A stretch of DNA of 64,000 nucleotides from Octopus sinensis. Its lineage: Eukaryota. Numbering within the stretch: the stretch's first letter is position 1; each line of letters starts with the position of its first letter. The notes under the pieces were generated by a model. The model ran no database searches, was not told where the DNA came from, and saw nothing but the letters and a program-made list of their open reading frames with translations. Made by a program: the position numbers and the translations under genes. Where the stretch lies: the NCBI RefSeq assembly GCF_006345805.1, contig NC_043008.1, positions 79,484,001 through 79,548,000 of the forward strand. The letters run 5' to 3'. Positions 12,471-24,985 of the stretch are shown here, in pieces.

Positions 12471-12839
12471 AGTTCACCTGGCATATCATTGATGTATTAC
12501 AGCAGGGCAACTCTATCATGCCTCAGGGGGCAGGTAGTATTTTGTAAACATTTTGAGGAAGATTTACTGATATAATGATATTATTCACACTGATATAACA
12601 GAGCTGACATTTTTTTATCACAACATGGATGTTGGGTGGTATCTTTGTTTCTCTTGTTTATCAGGTATTCAGTAGCTTTCTCCTATTCTTGACAGCTCAC
12701 CAACTCAGCCACTTGAAACTCTCTTGACTCAAAAAGTCTTGTTGCTTTGTTAACAACCAACCTGAACTCTCTTAAGAAGAATTTAAATAAAACTCAAAGA
12801 AAAATCATTCATTCATTCATTCATTCTCTCTCTCTCTCT

Positions 12840-12891
<52 letters not shown>

Positions 12892-12907
12892 CACGCACAC
12901 ATACATG

Positions 12908-12957
<50 letters not shown>

Positions 12958-13099
12958 GATAAACATGCACTGCAAGTAGTAAGCAAACAATTTTGCTCTG
13001 AAAGATATATTCAAGAATAAATAAAAAGCCAATGTGGTCAGATGGGCTATAGAGTAAGTACTGTGCTAAACAATTCTCCCAAAATGTATCAACAGTGAA

Positions 13100-13640
13100 A
13101 CTCTCCTGACAGTTGTTGCAAAACAATTGAAAAATTTCCTGAGTGGGACTTGATAGTCAGTTATTTGGATAGGAAGCTCACGTTCTACAAGACAACCCTT
13201 GTTAGCATATTCAAAAGAACAATGAACACTGAATTTGATATGCCAGACTGGTTAATAGCTGCATGTACAATACTAGTAGCTAAAAACTACCAGTCACATG
13301 TGGCCAAAATCCATAGGATCAAAGCACGTTTGGATGTGATATATTATATACAAGTTGCTTGAATGCACTCCTCCAGAATCACTGCAAAACACACTATGTT
13401 GTGACTGAAGAGCAAGAACAAACAAATAAAGGAGTCTGGAGCTATGCCAAACAACATCTCAATAATAAGCTTTTACTCATGGAAGCAAAGCTGCAATGTT
13501 GAAACCTGCTGACTGTATGGCTAGACTATAAGAAGGCATTTGACTCAGTTTCTCACTCATAAATTGTGGATGCACTATAATTTAAGATTCCAGCTATTAT
13601 AGTTAATGCCATTAAGCCACTGACAGTAACATGAATATCA
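13100..13640 (+). pseudogene. R4/Dong-type RT fragment
   Basis: MPDWL...TILVAK, then VWLDYKKAFDSVSHS.I, with stops and frameshifts. Confidence 0.7.
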
Positions 13641-16099
13641 CATATATTGGTACTGTGAGTAAAGCAAGAGTAACAAAACTGTAGGAATATATGATTGTAC
13701 GTAAGGAGTTGGTGACAAATGTCTCCTTTTGAACACCGCATGGTCGTCCCTAACAATAATATGAAGGCCACAATACATGATATAAAATGTAGTGCCAAAA
13801 GAATAAATGAAGGACAACAAACCGTTCTACTGTTTGAGAGAGAAGTCTTTATTCACAATGTTTACAAAGAGAAAGTGTGTGAGTGCTAGCAAAGTGTTGT
13901 GTATGAATGCGTGCACATAGAATTTGTGTCTGTGTGTTCGTGTGTGCAACAGAAAGTACAGACAAAGGTGTATGCATATAAAACAGAAATACAGAGCATA
14001 AGATGAATGTCTCAGCATATTGAGTTAAGATAGAATTTGTTTACCAGTTCAGGAGGTACACAATAGTAAGAGTTCTATAACAAGATGTTGGGGATCACGT
14101 GGCAAAGGCCGGTTACTACACGTGTAGAAGTTGTAGCTATGATGCCATGCCAAGTCTCTTCAAAAGGGACTACTTAGTGGCTAAAATCAGTTGAGGACAG
14201 TATCATCATATATTACACCTCCCTGTTTCTTTGCACTACAAGTTACCTCATCCTATTATCCGTTCCCCTCTACCCATGCTATTTCACTAACCACCTCCTT
14301 TCTGTACCTTCAATTATTTCTTTCTTTTGTCACACTCCATTAAACATCTTACATATCAGCTTTCATTCTCAGCACTCTCTCATATCTGCTATCATACCCC
14401 ACTCATTATAGCCACCCTCACATATTCCAACATTTCCCATCTTTCATATAAAGGGAGATGTAGAACATCATTCCCCAACCTTCTGCTCTATCCTTCCTGA
14501 GCCATTTCTATCTTTCACCTTACCATATAGATATTTCCCACATCTGCCTAAGCATCTGTTACTCTTTCTCTTACAACTGTAATAGAACCCACTCCCACCT
14601 CCCCTCTCCTGATCCACTGTATCCGCTTGAATACTCACCCTTCTGTACCTTGAGAAATTGCTATCATTTTCATCTCTATACACTGCCAACTACTCTCATC
14701 CACCCCTATATAATGTATGGTAGCCATGTATCACTAAAGCAAGAGATCCTTTCTTGTCCATCATATTTAGCCTTGGCATAAAACCAACTCCCCACTTTTC
14801 CCTTTTACCCTATTCTCTCTCTCACTCACTCTCTCTCTCTCTCACTTTCTCTCTCTCCCTATCTTGAGGTTACTTGGTAACCTCACTAGTGCTGGTAATA
14901 TGAAAAAAGCACCCAGTACACACTTAAAATGACAGATGTAAAGAAGAGCATCCAACCATAGAAACGTATGTCAAAACTGACACTGGAGCTCAGCATAGCT
15001 CTGTAGCCTACCATGTCCTGTGCCAGCATGGAAAATAGATTCGTACCATTGTTAGAAACCAGCTTCTTCCTTACAGGAAGCTTTCAAATAATTGAAAGTA
15101 GAACATACATACAGGAAATTGTGTGGGTGTATGTATGTGAATATATTTGGATATGTGTATATGCATGTATCTCTCTCTTCCTCCGTGTGTGCATGTGTGT
15201 ACACACACGTATACACACTCACATGCACACGCGCGCACATACATATCAGGGATAAAGGATCTATTTATACAAGTATACAATGCATGCACTGCATGTCTTT
15301 CTTTCCAGGATAAATAATTTGTGTAATATTAAATTAATTATTGATAAATTTCACTGACTTACGATATGTTTTGTATTTCCCATTCCTTAATTTCTTAGTA
15401 TAAATTGATATTATTTGAGAAGTGTAAGTAGGGAAAGCTGTTTTCTTATCAAGGAGAGGGGAAGCAGTGAATTACTTGCATTCTAATTCTATTCTCTTTG
15501 AACAAAAAAACAAAAGAGTGGGCAGTCAAAGAGAGAAAAGAACATAAATTAGAATTTTTCCTACTTTCAGTCATAGTAAGAAAAAACAGTAGTGTTAGAT
15601 TTGTTTTTTCCTTATTCAATTATTCCCTTTGAGAAGGGAGCATGAAAAAGAGAGGCAAAACAAAAGAGTAGGAGGTCAAAGAGAGAAAGGTAAAGAAAAG
15701 CACAAATTTTATTGCTTGCCTTCCTCAGGTGTCTTGGGGAAATTTTGAACATGGGTTCTCATTCCTAAGGTATTTTTCTATGATGTTGTTGTTGTTACTA
15801 TTGTGGTGTTAGTGGTGTTATGGGCTGTGATGGAGCTATGTGGTGTTGGTGGAGGGGATTGCATGAGATGGACGGAAGTAAGGATTGCAGGGGCCGGTAA
15901 CACAGGCAGAGGGCATGCGTGCACAGGAAGCACGTGTGGTCAGTTCGAGCAGAGACGGCAGCGAGACAAGATGTGTTTAATTCGTGAGAGTGACCGCTGA
16001 TTTCGCCAAGGTCAACAGGTAAGGCCGTTTGCATTTCTTTCTCCCATTTGCTTCTTTTTCTGTTGTCCTTTTCCTCCATCACACTACAACTATTATTAT

Positions 16100-16190
16100 T
16101 ATTCAGGTCACTGCCTGGAATTGAACTCAGAATCTTGGAGTTAGTAACCCGCACTCTTAACTACTATGCCATATACCCATGGGCATATTT
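16100..16190 (-). mobile_element. tRNA-derived SINE head
   Basis: Minus strand reads TGGCATAGTAGTTAAG (A box) ... GAGTTCAATTCC (B box); no complete cloverleaf. Confidence 0.55.
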
Positions 16191-16822
16191 AGTCAATTTG
16201 CATGTTCGTTTTATAGCAGATCCTGGTTTATTTCATACAATTAATTGTTACTGAAGAGTATACACTGCTGGTGGCATGTAAAGAACACCTTTCAAGCACT
16301 GGGCCTCATAGAGGCAAAGTGGCTGAGTTCCTTTCAAGTGTTGAGCTTCATGGAGGCAAAGTGGCTGAATTCCTTTTGAGCATTGGGCCTCAAGGAGACA
16401 AAGTGGCCGAGTTCCTTTCGAATGTTGGATTTTACATAAGCAAAGACTGAGACCTTTGGCATTATGTTGTGCTTGAGAAGAAGACCCATCAAACTGAGCA
16501 AAATTGCAGTTGTGGCAGATACCAGTGTCATGCAAATGGCACTTGTGCTGCCGGCATGCAAAAACACCCCGGTGTCACACAAATGGCACCCATGCCAGTG
16601 GCACATAAAAGCACCCATTACACTCTTAGACTGGTTGGCATTAGGAAGGGCATCCAGCCATAGAAAACCATGCTTTCGCAAACAGCAGTAACTTTCTTCA
16701 GCTGAATACATGCCATTGATTGGTTAAAATTATCCAAATATGACAACTTTAACACGAAATAACTTCTTAAATGCAAAATTTTGTTAAAGACGTTAAGAGT
16801 TAACCGTGTTTTATGTGACACA

Positions 16823-18529
16823 CTAGCAGAATTGCCCGGCGATGCTCGGGGCTGAATTGCATGAAAGTACTGTTAATGATTGTACTGAGTTATGATGATT
16901 ATTCAGGCAAATAGTGATATAAGTTTACGGCGAATGAATGTATTTGTAAGTGTGTAGAAAGCCGTGTAAAGGGGTTCCTACCCCCTCGTAGAATGGTGTA
17001 AGAATTTAATGCGAGGTTGCCTTGAAAAGAGCCATGTTATTGTTCTCATAATTGTAAGAATTTGATCGTCGTTGAAGGCGGTGTAAAACGTTCGCAGGTG
17101 AATAGGGTTTCTTCGTTTTCCACGAACGGCAGCGGATGTGCTGTTACAAAACTTCATGCTGTGTTAAAAGAGAATGGATGCCCTATGTAGGCAAGAGGGG
17201 AATGAAGCATGGGTAAGTAAATATGGGTAATTTATAAAATATAGAACAATAGCATCTACTCACCATATGTCAGACCGGCAAGACTGTAGTGGTACTGAAT
17301 AGATGAATCACAACATAGTGGTGGAGATGTTTTCATTGATGGGCGTTATGATTAAATTTGTTGTTGTATAAAATGATCTTTTGCTTAGTTTCCAAAGTGT
17401 ATGTTGCGATCGTGTTGTCGCTTATGTAAACTTTAACAGTGAGAGTGTAGATGTAGGGGGTAGATGTGTCATGTACGTTGGATATAGAAGATGAGGCTGG
17501 TGGTTTGATGATGAATGGATAGAAATAGAGGTGAGCGAAGGACAGGTGTTGGTTAAGTGTGAATTAATGTCATGAAACGCCTAAAAATGTAAATGCCATC
17601 ATAAAAGAGAGTCGTATGTAAGTGAAATACTAACGTGTTCGAAAATGATGAAACGTAGTAATCCTATAAAACTTCCTTGTACACAATGTTTTTTTGTTTT
17701 TCGTTGTGGAACGAATGCGAAAGCATCACTGTTGCTGCCGACACGCGAGCAGGCAACATAAAGCTGACCATGAGAGAAACATGGCTCTCCCAAATGTATT
17801 CCCGCCACAGACAGTGTTTGACCCTGCACTTTGTTAATTGACATTGCGAAACATGGCCTTACTGGGAACTGGGAACTGGGACCTCCGAAATATGAAAGGT
17901 AGGTCTGCTCCTGATGGGAAAAGATGCATCATAGGTATGAGCACAACGTTGCCTCGACCGCACCCTGTGATATTGGTGGCCTCAATCGGATTGGGAGATA
18001 AGGACTTAACGATCAAACGTGTGCCATTGCATTGTTTTGGGGGAACCAAATTTCTAATGAGCATTATAGGGGCACCAACTTTAAGTTTGAGAATGTGTGG
18101 TGGTAGTCAGGGGGGCTCAAAGGAATATTGGATAGTTGATGACGTCCTCTGGGTCGGGAGTTGTATCGATAGACTTATATACATAGACATCCCCAGGAAT
18201 GAGTTTTAGCATTTCATCATTAATATGGTGAACAGTTTTATTCCTCGGGGCCAGAATAGCCCTTTGGCCAATCCAATCCATATTCTGATAATTAGCTTGT
18301 AGATCTGGGAACACTGCATCTCTGAGATCAGAATGCGTTTTAACAATGGTACAAATGGAATCGATGGCAATATTACCATTTTCATCCGCTGGTATTTTGC
18401 CTTCGCCAAGTGCAAGGAGGGTGTGAGAAAATGCTCCTGATGTGATATCACGTCGCATATGAGCACGCATATTGGTGTGAAGTTTGAGAGTCTTCACCAG
18501 TGGCCACAATGTGGATGACGTAAGACACG
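16823..18529 (-). mobile_element. Helitron, 3' part: PIF1-like helicase C-terminal half and 3' terminus
   Basis: [46 protein letters not shown]...[13 protein letters not shown]. The terminus on minus is hairpin CCCGAGCATCGCCGGG (16850-16835) then CTAG (16826-16823) followed by T. Confidence 0.93.
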
Positions 18530-19112
18530 TGTAAGAATTAGCACTTCCTTCTCTAAGCTTGGATTCGAAATCAGACCCAAGAATCATTGGTCGTAAAATA
18601 CCAATGCACAAAAAGGCGCGAAATCAGAATCTCTTTGTTCTGACAAAAAATGATGGATCGTCTCCCTTCGACCTCTGACCCGAGCAGGTCAGACGAAGTT
18701 TAACAGGACGACCAGCGACCTACTGTACGCGATAACACTCTTGCGGTATATCTATTTTTCTGGCTATTTGAGATGTTATAAATAGAACGGAGAAATAGGT
18801 ATCTGCAGAGAACCCGAACCAACGCTTAAGAGAACGCCACGCATTTATGAGGACGACGAAAGAATATTCAGAAAGGTGACTCTGTCCTGAATGATTTACA
18901 CACACACACACACACACCATCAAACATATTCTGCTTTAATGTGTATCATGTATTATGCATTCCTTTAATATGTATTATTTGCAACCACTATTGAATATGC
19001 ATTTTGTACAAGCGATGTGTAGCATTGCTTACAAATTGATGTAGTGAAAATAAATCTTTAATTTATTACAAAACACTTATGTATTTATTAATACATCCAC
19101 GCATCCACTACA
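18530..19112 (+). repeat. 5' LTR (583 bp)
   Basis: Matches 22540-22843 (reverse complement, no differences seen over 304 bp) and 24095-24320 (2 substitutions seen outside the CA tract). Confidence 0.95.
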
Positions 19113-19114
19113 TT

Positions 19115-19125
19115 TGGTGACCCCG
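19115..19125 (+). promoter_or_regulatory. Primer binding site complementary to the tRNA-Trp 3' end
   Basis: TGGTGACCCCG lies 2 nt after the LTR; eukaryotic tRNA-Trp ends ...CGGGGUCACCA (recalled). Confidence 0.8.
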
Positions 19126-19230
19126 TAAAACGAATCGCGCCTTCCCCGGAATCAGCTTCATCAACCGCGTCGAAGAATTACAGTTTGCACATCACCAGCA
19201 ACGAAGCAACTGAAAATTCCGACGAAAACA

Positions 19231-20097
19231 ATGAATCTCCCGGAACAAATTCCAGCGGCCAACATCGACATGGCATTCCAAGCGGCGATCTCGTTAAAAA
19301 TTCCACCATTCTGGACCCACGACCCGACATTGTGGTTTCACCATATAGAGGCACAGTTTGCCTCTCACAGAATATCGAGCGATGCGGCTCGACTTTCTCA
19401 CGTTATCAGTTCTCTGTCACCAGAAATAACGAACGTAATACGCGACCTTATCATGGCACCACCCGGTTCTGTTTCAGATGAAGTTTTTAAAACCACGTTA
19501 ATAAACAGAACCTCAGAATCCCAACAAAAAAGACTTCACCAGCTTCTGATATCGGAAGAATTGGGTGACAAAACGCCGTCCCAGCTTCTTCGGAGAATGA
19601 AACAGCTTCTCGGAGATGAGACGCTCCCAGAAAAAATCTTCAAGCAACTTTTTCTCCAGCGTCTGCCCTCCAATACCCAGGTTGTTCTCGCGTCCACCAG
19701 AGAAAACACATCCCTTGAAGAACTGGCGGAGCTAGCTGCCGAAGTACCGCACAGATATCCAACGGTATCGACGGTGACGCCAGCCGCTCCCAGTACCAAT
19801 CCTTTCCGTGCACAAACCAGTTTTTCCGAGATTTCGGATTTGCGTGCGTTAATGACGCAGCAAGCTGCGCAAATACAAATTCTCACAGCCCAAATACAAG
19901 CCCTAAAGTTTAGTCCCCAGCGTCGAAGCACCAGCCGATCTCGACGAGATGGCAGACGGTCCCGAAGCCCCAGTGCTACCCGCAACTCACATGACACGTG
20001 TTGGTACCACCGAACATTCGGAACACGGGCACAAAAATGTACGGTACCGTGCTCGTTTTCCTCACCCAGTTCGGGAAACGGCACAGCCAGGAATTGA
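19231..20097 (+). CDS. gag: Gypsy Gag
   Basis: [22 protein letters not shown] at the N-terminus and [16 protein letters not shown] near the C-terminus; intact 288-aa ORF. Confidence 0.92.
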   Translation: MNLPEQIPAANIDMAFQAAISLKIPPFWTHDPTLWFHHIEAQFASHRISSDAARLSHVISSLSPEITNVIRDLIMAPPGSVSDEVFKTTLINRTSESQQKRLHQLLISEELGDKTPSQLLRRMKQLLGDETLPEKIFKQLFLQRLPSNTQVVLASTRENTSLEELAELAAEVPHRYPTVSTVTPAAPSTNPFRAQTSFSEISDLRALMTQQAAQIQILTAQIQALKFSPQRRSTSRSRRDGRRSRSPSATRNSHDTCWYHRTFGTRAQKCTVPCSFSSPSSGNGTARN

Positions 20098-22539
20098 ACG
20101 CGACGGAAGTTCCTGGTTCGCACCCACACAGTCGCCTGTTTTTCGTTTGCGATCGTGTAACAGGCACGCGTTTCCTGGTTGACACAGGTGCGGAAGTCAG
20201 CATCATCCCAGTCTCCAACACTTCTGGAAAAAGAAAAGAGACATCAGTCTGTCTTCAGGCAGTCAACCATTCACCCATTCCAACCTACGGTGAACAGTCC
20301 CTAACATTAAACATAGGACTACGCCGCACATTTCAGTGGGTATTCGTCGTCGCTAAACTGCCGACCCCTATCTTAGGAGCCGATTTCCTGCATCATTTCG
20401 GTCTCCTGGTAGACATAAAGAACAGACGACTTGTCGACACCACCACCAAGCTTACTGTGCGCGGTATAGCCGCTCGAATGGACACAGTCAGCCCAACTGT
20501 AATGCTTACGACAACGACTCGTCACAGTTCCATCCTGAATGATTATCCAGATGTCGCCCGGCCAGTTTTTCATAACCAGCCGATAAAGCACGACGTTACC
20601 CACCACATCAAAACCAGCGGTCCACCTGTTGCTGCAAGGCCCAGAAGGTTACCACCTGATCGTCTCCAGGCCGTCAAGCGGGAATTCCAGCACATGCTCG
20701 ACCTCGGAATCATCCGCGTTTCCAGCAGCAACTGGTCCTCGCCGATACACTGCGTCCCAAAAAAATCATCGACCGATTGGCGGGTTTGCGGCGATTATCG
20801 ATCACTGAATAAAAGCACTATCAGTGATGCCTATCCGGTGCCTTTTCTTCAGGACTTTTCGAGCTCGCTGCATGGAGCTCGCATCTTTTCAAAAATCGAC
20901 CTGGTGCGAGCATACAACCAAATCCCAGTCGAACCTGCAGACATCTCAAAGACAGCAGTTACTACACCTTTCGGAATGTTTGAATTCCTACGTATGCCTT
21001 TCGGTTTACGAAACGCGGCACAGACATTCCAAAGGGTTATCGACATGGTGACTAGAGGTTTGCCTTTCGTCTATGCCTACATAGACGACATACTCGTGGC
21101 CAGTAACTCGGACGAAGAGCATAATCAACACCTTCACCTGCTATTCGGACGTCTACGTCGATTTGGAATTGTTATCAACCCTACTAAATGTTTGTTCGGA
21201 GTTGCTTCCCTTCATTTTCTCGGGCATATAGTCGATAAAAATGGAATTCGTCCTCTTCCCGAGAAAGTCAAGGCCATCGTGGATTTTCCACCACCCACAT
21301 CTCTCCGCAAATTAAGGGAATATCTCGGTCTAGCGAATTTCTATCGACGGTTCGTGCCCCACCTCGCTGAAATAGCGCAACCGCTCACGGATTTGCTACG
21401 TCAGCGAACCTGCAAAAATGCAGATATAGCTCTGACCGAAGATCAACTCGTTTCTTTCGCTGCCCTGAAAAAAGCGTTATCTAGCGCTACCATGTTGGTT
21501 TATCCAAAACCAGACGCCCCACGATGTTTACTCGTTGATGCATCCGATTCCGGAATCGGAGGTGTGCTACAACAGCTTGTTGACGGTATATGGCAACCGT
21601 TGTCTTTCTTTTCTAAGCGGTTAAAACCCGCGGAAACCAAATACAGCACATTCAGTCGGGAATTATTGGCGGCATACCTGGCCGTTAAGCATTTCCGTCA
21701 TATGCTAGAAGGTACCAATTTTGCCATATACACCGACCACAAGCCATTAGTATACGCATTTAACACCAAACCGGATCGCCATTCGCCAAGAGAAATACGC
21801 CACCTCGACTTCATATCGCAGTACACGACGGATATACGCCACATCAAAGGGACGACCAACGTGGCAGCCGATGCACTTTCACGTGCGCAGATCAATGCTA
21901 TCCACACCACGTCTACAATTGATCTGGCACGTATAGCAGCTGACCAGGAGAATGACGAAGAACTTCTAAAGCTCCGGAATTCGTCATCTCTGAAATTTCA
22001 GCATGTTCCGCTACCATCATCCACAGCCCATATTTGGTGTGATATTTCCACTGGTTACCAACGCCCTTATGTACTACAGAAATATCGTCGAGAAGTTTTC
22101 TCCGCTCTACATTCTCTGTCACATCCTGGTATTCGCTCCACTCAAAAGCTAATATCGACCCGTTTTGTGTGGACCAGTATCAACAAGGATATCAGAGAAT
22201 GGACCAAGTGCTGTGTTGCGTGCCAAAAAGCGAAAATCCACCGGCACATAAAATCACCAATCGGTTTATTTTCGCAGCCCGATGCACGATTTCAGCACGT
22301 TCACATTGACATCGTTGGACCCCTGCCACCTTCGCAGAACTATTCATATTTGCTAACTTGCGTAGATAGGTTCTCGCGATGGCCCGAAGCCTGGCCCCTA
22401 TCTGATATATCAGCAGAAACGGTCGCTAAAACGCTGATATCACAATGGGTTTCGCGTTTTGGCACACCCGCAACAATTACCACCGACAGAGGACGTCAGT
22501 TCGATTCCCACCTTTTCACCGAGCTGACTCGTCTCCTCG
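20073..22539 (+). CDS. pol: Gypsy Pol (protease, RT, RNase H, integrase N-terminal part), in the -1 frame relative to gag
   Basis: [41 protein letters not shown]...[21 protein letters not shown]. Open until the inversion breakpoint at 22540. Confidence 0.95.
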
Positions 22540-22856
22540 TCTCTTAAGCGTTGGTTCGGGTTCTCTGCAGATACCTATTTCTCCGTTCTATTTATAACAT
22601 CTCAAATAGCCAGAAAAATAGATATACCGCAAGAGTGTTATCGCGTACAGTAGGTCGCTGGTCGTCCTGTTAAACTTCGTCTGACCTGCTCGGGTCAGAG
22701 GTCGAAGGGAGACGATCCATCATTTTTTGTCAGAACAAAGAGATTCTGATTTCGCGCCTTTTTGTGCATTGGTATTTTACGACCAATGATTCTTGGGTCT
22801 GATTTCGAATCCAAGCTTAGAGAAGGAAGTGCTAATTCTTACACTACCCACCTTCT
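22540..22856 (-). repeat. Inverted 5' half of the 3' LTR with its polypurine tract
   Basis: Reverse complement of 18530-18833; AGAAGGTGGGTAG (22856-22844) directly precedes TGTAAG. Confidence 0.93.
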
Positions 22857-23432
22857 AGTGAGAAAGCCACAGAGATCGAACGATATTGGAAATGTATTAT
22901 TATTATTATTATTATTATTTATTTTTTCATGTAGAAAAAAAATTTTTTTTTTTTTTTTTTTACACATTGAACGATAAAAATATGCATGAAAGGTTTACAA
23001 TTTGTATGTGCTATATGGTGGGCAATATGTATATGTGCCCAGGCAGAATTATGTTGGCGCGTTGAAAGAGATGTGCGTCTATTGATTACTCGACCTACTA
23101 GGTCTAATAAGAGGCAAGGTGTCTTTCAGTGGCGAAAAAATCGAGTGATAGCACGCATGAGAACAAGATTTGTAAATGTGTGTGGATATACAGTTAGCAA
23201 AAATATACTTATGAGAAAGCAAAACATTTTGAAGAGAAAACAAAAAATATGTACATGCAAAAATGAAAGAAATGTTCATCGGCAAAGTTCGATTTTGAAA
23301 TGTTCCGTAAAAGTTCATACAGACAGTTTTTGTTTTCATTTTTTTTTTTCTTTACGTACACAAATGTTCTTTGATTTCTCTGGGTGGGTGATGCAGTTAT
23401 GTGTTCATTGGGAAGATGGATACGTTAGGAGT

Positions 23433-24092
23433 TCAGAACTTACCCGAAAAACTTGCACAAACCTTGCTGGCCATCGAACTGTTCTTCCTGATTTGGTGTG
23501 TCGGGGTTGTGCAGAATCTGTGGTGTTCGCTGGAGTTGCCGAGTCTGTTTGAGGAAAAGAGGGGACTGAATGTAAGTCCTCCTCGATGAAAGCTTTTTTT
23601 TAAACGATCAATCGAGACCGTATTTCGTTTACCTCCAATATCGAGGACGAAATACTTGGGTTCTTTTTTGATGACCTTGTAGGGCCCGGAATATGGTGGT
23701 CGAAGTTGAGAGGGTATCCCATCATTCCTCACGAAGACATGAGTCCATGTGTTGATATCTTTTGGGACACGTGAAACGACGTTCTGTTGTCTGGGGCCTG
23801 AAGGTGATAACTGCGACATGGATGTTCGTAATCGGTGCACATATTGTTGTGGGTCAGGGAAGTTTTGTGAAACAGGTTCGATCATCTGCCCAGGTAAGGT
23901 GAGTGTTGTGCCATAAACGAGTTCGGCCGGAGTATATCCCAGTTCTTCCTTAATCGTGGATCGAATTCCAAGGAGGATGAGAGGGAGATGTTCCAACCAG
24001 TGAGAACTGTCTGGAGCTGCTTTTATAGATGCCTTGAGTTGGCGGTGAAAGCGTTCCACCATGCCATTTGCTGCAGGGTGGTAAGCTGTCGT

Positions 24093-24094
<2 letters not shown>
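23433..24094 (-). CDS. pol: Gypsy integrase C-terminal half, inverted relative to the rest of pol
   Basis: TTAYHPAANGMVERFHRQLKA, GPYKV, VSIDRLK. One extra A in the run near 23594-23601 shifts the KAFIEE...TKSGRTVRWPARF tail out of frame. Confidence 0.92.
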
Positions 24095-24126
<32 letters not shown>

Positions 24127-24320
24127 ATCAAACATATTCTGCTTTAATGTGTATCATGTATTATGCATTCCTTTGATATGTATTATTTGCAACCACTATT
24201 GAATATGCATTTTGTACAAGCGATGTATAGCATTGCTTACAAATTGATGTAGTGAAAATAAATCTTTAATTTATTACAAAACACTTATGTATTTATTAAT
24301 ACATCCACGCATCCACTACA
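24095..24320 (+). repeat. 3' half of the 3' LTR in original orientation
   Basis: (CA)n-CCATCAAACATATT...CCACTACA matches 18898-19112. Confidence 0.93.
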
Positions 24321-24985
24321 CACGCACTTACTGCATCAGTTCTTGTCCCTTTGGAAATAACGGGAAGTGTTTGTCGGAAGTCCCCTGAAAGAAGAAGTGT
24401 TATGCCTCCCATGGGAGCTGAAGAGTGTTTGATGTCTCTGAGAGATCTATCTAGTGCCTCAAGAGCACCTCTATGGGCCATCGTGCATTCATCCCAAACG
24501 ATAAGTTTGCATCGTCTGAAGACTTCTGCCTGATCGGAGCTGTTACTGATGTTGCAAGCTGGTGTCTCAGTCTTCGCTAAGTCAAGCGGGAGTTTGAAAG
24601 TGGAGTGAGCTGTCCTGCCGCCTGGCAACAAAGTAGCCGCAATTCCAGATGATTCCACAGCTAGGGCAATGCCTTGTGTTCGCCTAATCTCAGCCAATAT
24701 TAATTTGTTGACAAAAGTTTTCCCAGTGCCCCCAGGAGCGTCCAGGAAAAAAATTCCCCCAGCTTTGGCCCGGACTGAATTAACGACGGAGTTGTAAGCG
24801 AACTTCTGTTCTGGAAGGAGCTTTGGCTCATTGTCGGCTATGTACTCGGCAAGCTCGTCAACATGAAAACATGTCTCACGCAGCAAATGTGAAGACAGAG
24901 TTTTTGTGCCTTCCCGGTTTGTTGAAGGTAGGCCATAGACCGGCAAGGCACAACCGCCCATATCAAGTACAGTATCTTCGAACGT
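24321..24985 (-). mobile_element. Helitron helicase N-terminal half (motifs I-III), 5'-truncated, no Rep domain visible
   Basis: FLDAPGGTGKTF, SSGIAATLLPGGRTAHS, IVWDECTM, SGDFRQTLPV. Removing the Gypsy insertion restores DAVSA-CLTSS continuity with 18529. Confidence 0.93.

Larger units (their letters stand above)
18530..24320 (+). mobile_element. Ty3/Gypsy LTR retrotransposon, young, with an internal inversion
   Basis: TGTA...TACA ends; 4-bp TSD CACG (18526-18529 and 24321-24324); gag, pol (PR-RT-RH-IN), PBS and PPT all found. Confidence 0.96.

Noticed and set aside
14468-14689. 73-aa purine-rich ORF on minus
   Set aside because: No recognisable motif; it probably reflects compositional bias or very old TE debris.
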